Shown here: positions 56,701 to 57,896 of the stretch, one piece after another
Position numbering within the stretch: the first letter of the stretch is position 1
Layout of the letters: every line of letters starts with the position of its first letter
Source of the DNA: an uncultured Terricaulis sp.
Lineage (GTDB): Bacteria > Pseudomonadota > Alphaproteobacteria > Caulobacterales > Aquidulcibacteraceae
Reading direction: 5' to 3'
Assembly: GCA_964446305.1 (NCBI GenBank)
Contig: CAYUOC010000001.1
Span: 1,502-59,397 of the forward strand
DNA length: 57,896 nt
Translations under genes and position numbers: made by a program
Notes under the pieces: model-generated
Told to the model about the DNA's origin: nothing
What the model saw: only the letters and a program-made list of their open reading frames with translations
Database searches by the model: none

Positions 56701-57896
56701 CATACCCGGGGTTGGCGTTGTTTCGAGCGTCGTGAACTTGCCGCCGATCGAGAGGCTTGAGGCGCGCACGCCGTCACCGCCATAGACCGAAAACCCGAGA
56801 TTGCCGCCGTCTTCCCAAACATCGACGCCAGCCGCGACGCCTTGCTCATGCAGTATTTGCGTCAGCCGCTCGGCCAGATCGTCGAGCATGCCGCGATCTT
56901 CGCTTTCGCCATCGCGGACACGCCACGCTTCCAGATCCTCGCTCCGCCACGCGGTGGTGACAGTGAGCGAGCGGCCGTCCGGCAGATCGAACTTGAGCAC
57001 CGCTTCGCCCGCGGCGCGCAGTGCGTCCTCGAACGAGTTTGCGCCATCGGACATCAGCGCGTTGGTCCGCTGCTCGGTTGCGCCAGCCGGTGCGGTCACA
57101 TACGGCGCGCCGGCGCCGATCCAACCCGCGCCGATGAGCGCGCCTATGGGGTCAGCGGTGGAGGCGGGCCGATCGAGCAACAATGGCTGGCCAGCCGCGC
57201 CGCCAACATCTTCAAGCTTGATCAAGCGCGCGCCACCGGTGGTCGTGCCGACGGCATAGAAGGCCGGGTTGGCGTCAACAGGTTGAAACGCCACCTTTTC
57301 GTCGGCGCGGACGTCGACTTTGAGGGCGTATTGCTTGGGGCCTGTGTATTTGCTCGTCCTGACCTGGCCCGCGAGAATGATGTTCGTGGTCTTCGGTGTT
57401 TGATCGACGGCCTCGAGACGCGACGATGCGCCGGCCGCGGAGAGCTTGCCGTTCACGAAGCTGACAACGTTGCTCAGCGTGCGCGGAATCGAGCCCATCT
57501 CGGAGAGATCGATGGCGACATTACGCACTGTGCCAGCGAGGGATGTGGCGACAATGTTGAACTTGGCGTCGCTCGCGAGACCACTGACCTTATCGTAGAG
57601 CCCGCCCCGATGAATGACGGGGGTGATGTAATCTTCGCTCTTTGTCGGAATGCCGAGCGTCGTCTGCGCGGCGTCGACGCGATCGCCTTGCGCCAAGCGC
57701 ATGTCGTCAAACTTCTGCTGTGCGAAGAATGCTTCGAGTTCAGTGAGACCGCGCGTGAACTGCGCTTGCGTTGCAGCGAGCTCGGTTGCGGAGAGAGATG
57801 TGTTCTCCGCGCGTCCCGCGAGCGCTTGCAGCGTCGAGAGGCCGGAATAGAGCGCAAACAAGCGCTTGTAGTCGCCGCTGGCGCCGAGATCGCTGT
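53725..57896 (-). CDS. Very large FlaEY-like protein with SBBP-type beta-propeller repeats (5'-truncated by window)
   Basis: Frame is open to the window end (DYKRLFALY). Repeats D.F...YD..G...W; C-terminus QLANYQAALARLGG recalls Caulobacter FlaEY-type proteins (from memory). Confidence 0.6.
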   Translation of the reverse strand, partial: SDLGASGDYKRLFALYSGLSTLQALAGRAENTSLSATELAATQAQFTRGLTELEAFFAQQKFDDMRLAQGDRVDAAQTTLGIPTKSEDYITPVIHRGGLYDKVSGLASDAKFNIVATSLAGTVRNVAIDLSEMGSIPRTLSNVVSFVNGKLSAAGASSRLEAVDQTPKTTNIILAGQVRTSKYTGPKQYALKVDVRADEKVAFQPVDANPAFYAVGTTTGGARLIKLEDVGGAAGQPLLLDRPASTADPIGALIGAGWIGAGAPYVTAPAGATEQRTNALMSDGANSFEDALRAAGEAVLKFDLPDGRSLTVTTAWRSEDLEAWRVRDGESEDRGMLDDLAERLTQILHEQGVAAGVDVWEDGGNLGFSVYGGDGVRASSLSIGGKFTTLETTPTPGMVGGLRDGVFARRFEVAGVIPEDGVFTKSQTFTFTVGTSAQSITIDGGTNGITAAQMETQLNEKLRQKGIAAAAYMVDTGGGSYTLRINALHDMIDVSAVLNTEVYDTDLVAPGAWAVGGLPAATSGQPFGDSIRGYSASSSPLTTHSGALNIEVIVATANGNKTITLEITAQERLDNPDLAPGQWSAALQARLDAELNAAGVYVSAPGGDLSLWNVAEGAGQRLVSVTVNGDALALEGDQPALAVGGAFSAQRSFTSAEAATGVSDDVAALIGDQNVSITLDTIWGPRTFSATLQPGDPRTLESAALRLNEALAAAGYDAGLVATNLAGGGAGLRIVTGSSNTIRGVTALSLGGSSVASTLDPIDAASNADDPIGALRVFERASRGAAITQTLSATSPFTAPSANSSAWFPGRAFDVSIGNGAKVATARSVATAGDGSVYVLADLTDGSATSDIKGARDVALLKYDSAGKLVFSEILGASQSASGYALAVSSDGKVAVAGSVEGNLSGTTAKGGADSFVTVFDSSGKELWTARRGASANDEALAIAFAPNGSVIVSGKTDAALTGQVSAGGTDAYVRGYSAGGLELFTRQFGTSGADAATALLVRDNGAGGIDIFTGGVEDNRGVLRSFSYSSGAGFSVGQTRDIGYFYKGAINALAIDGASLYVGGEIGADRLTLGETARGAVAGQEGFVARIDADLTSTGLDRATYLGSAQDDAVKSLALVNGDVYAAGVTGGAIAGSGAANSPMSFLTRLSDDGETEWMRTFTSAGGAVSLTSLAIDQAGASPLDVLGLPRGTVAANDSGLLTNRSALRAGDEFRIGVDGRRLTTIRIAEKDTLATLVSTINRAIGSAGRAVIVKEEGIERIKITPRAGQAIRLDGGAASRDALPALGLSQGIIAESSAGRGALKTYGLGLVGLKLDSAAAITSAKSELSAAISIVRLAYDALLNPNAKPLTEAEQALLARRQNMGAAPEYYSAQLANYQAALARLGG

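Overview
High-GC alphaproteobacterial chromosome segment. Gene content and order look Caulobacterales/Hyphomonadaceae-like (inference). It has four parts. (1) 1-17.8 kb is conserved housekeeping: aat, serS, tatABC, scpAB, nagZ, an FtsN-like SPOR protein, dgt, erpA, xth, yacG, RNase E/G, maf, infA and murA, with two palindromic intergenic repeats and three small genes missing from the ORF track. (2) 17.9-20.1 kb is a YjgN/M48 pair. (3) 20.1-39.0 kb is a self-contained phytate/inositol-phosphate utilisation locus: two TonB-dependent receptors, a double beta-propeller phytase lipoprotein, a Tat-exported PhoD, an OPA-family organophosphate:Pi antiporter, an inositol monophosphatase, iolCDEB, two iolG paralogs and iolR, with IolR-type operators and a Pho box. 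(4) 39.2-53.6 kb is a 14.4 kb integrase-less island bounded by tRNA-Thr(GGT) and a duplicate of its 3' end. It carries an AraC/TBDR/acetoacetate-CoA ligase/MFS/carboxylesterase module and an ABC permease-M1 peptidase fusion. The window ends inside a very large FlaEY-like protein. All product calls come from motif and synteny recognition by eye; no database searches were run.
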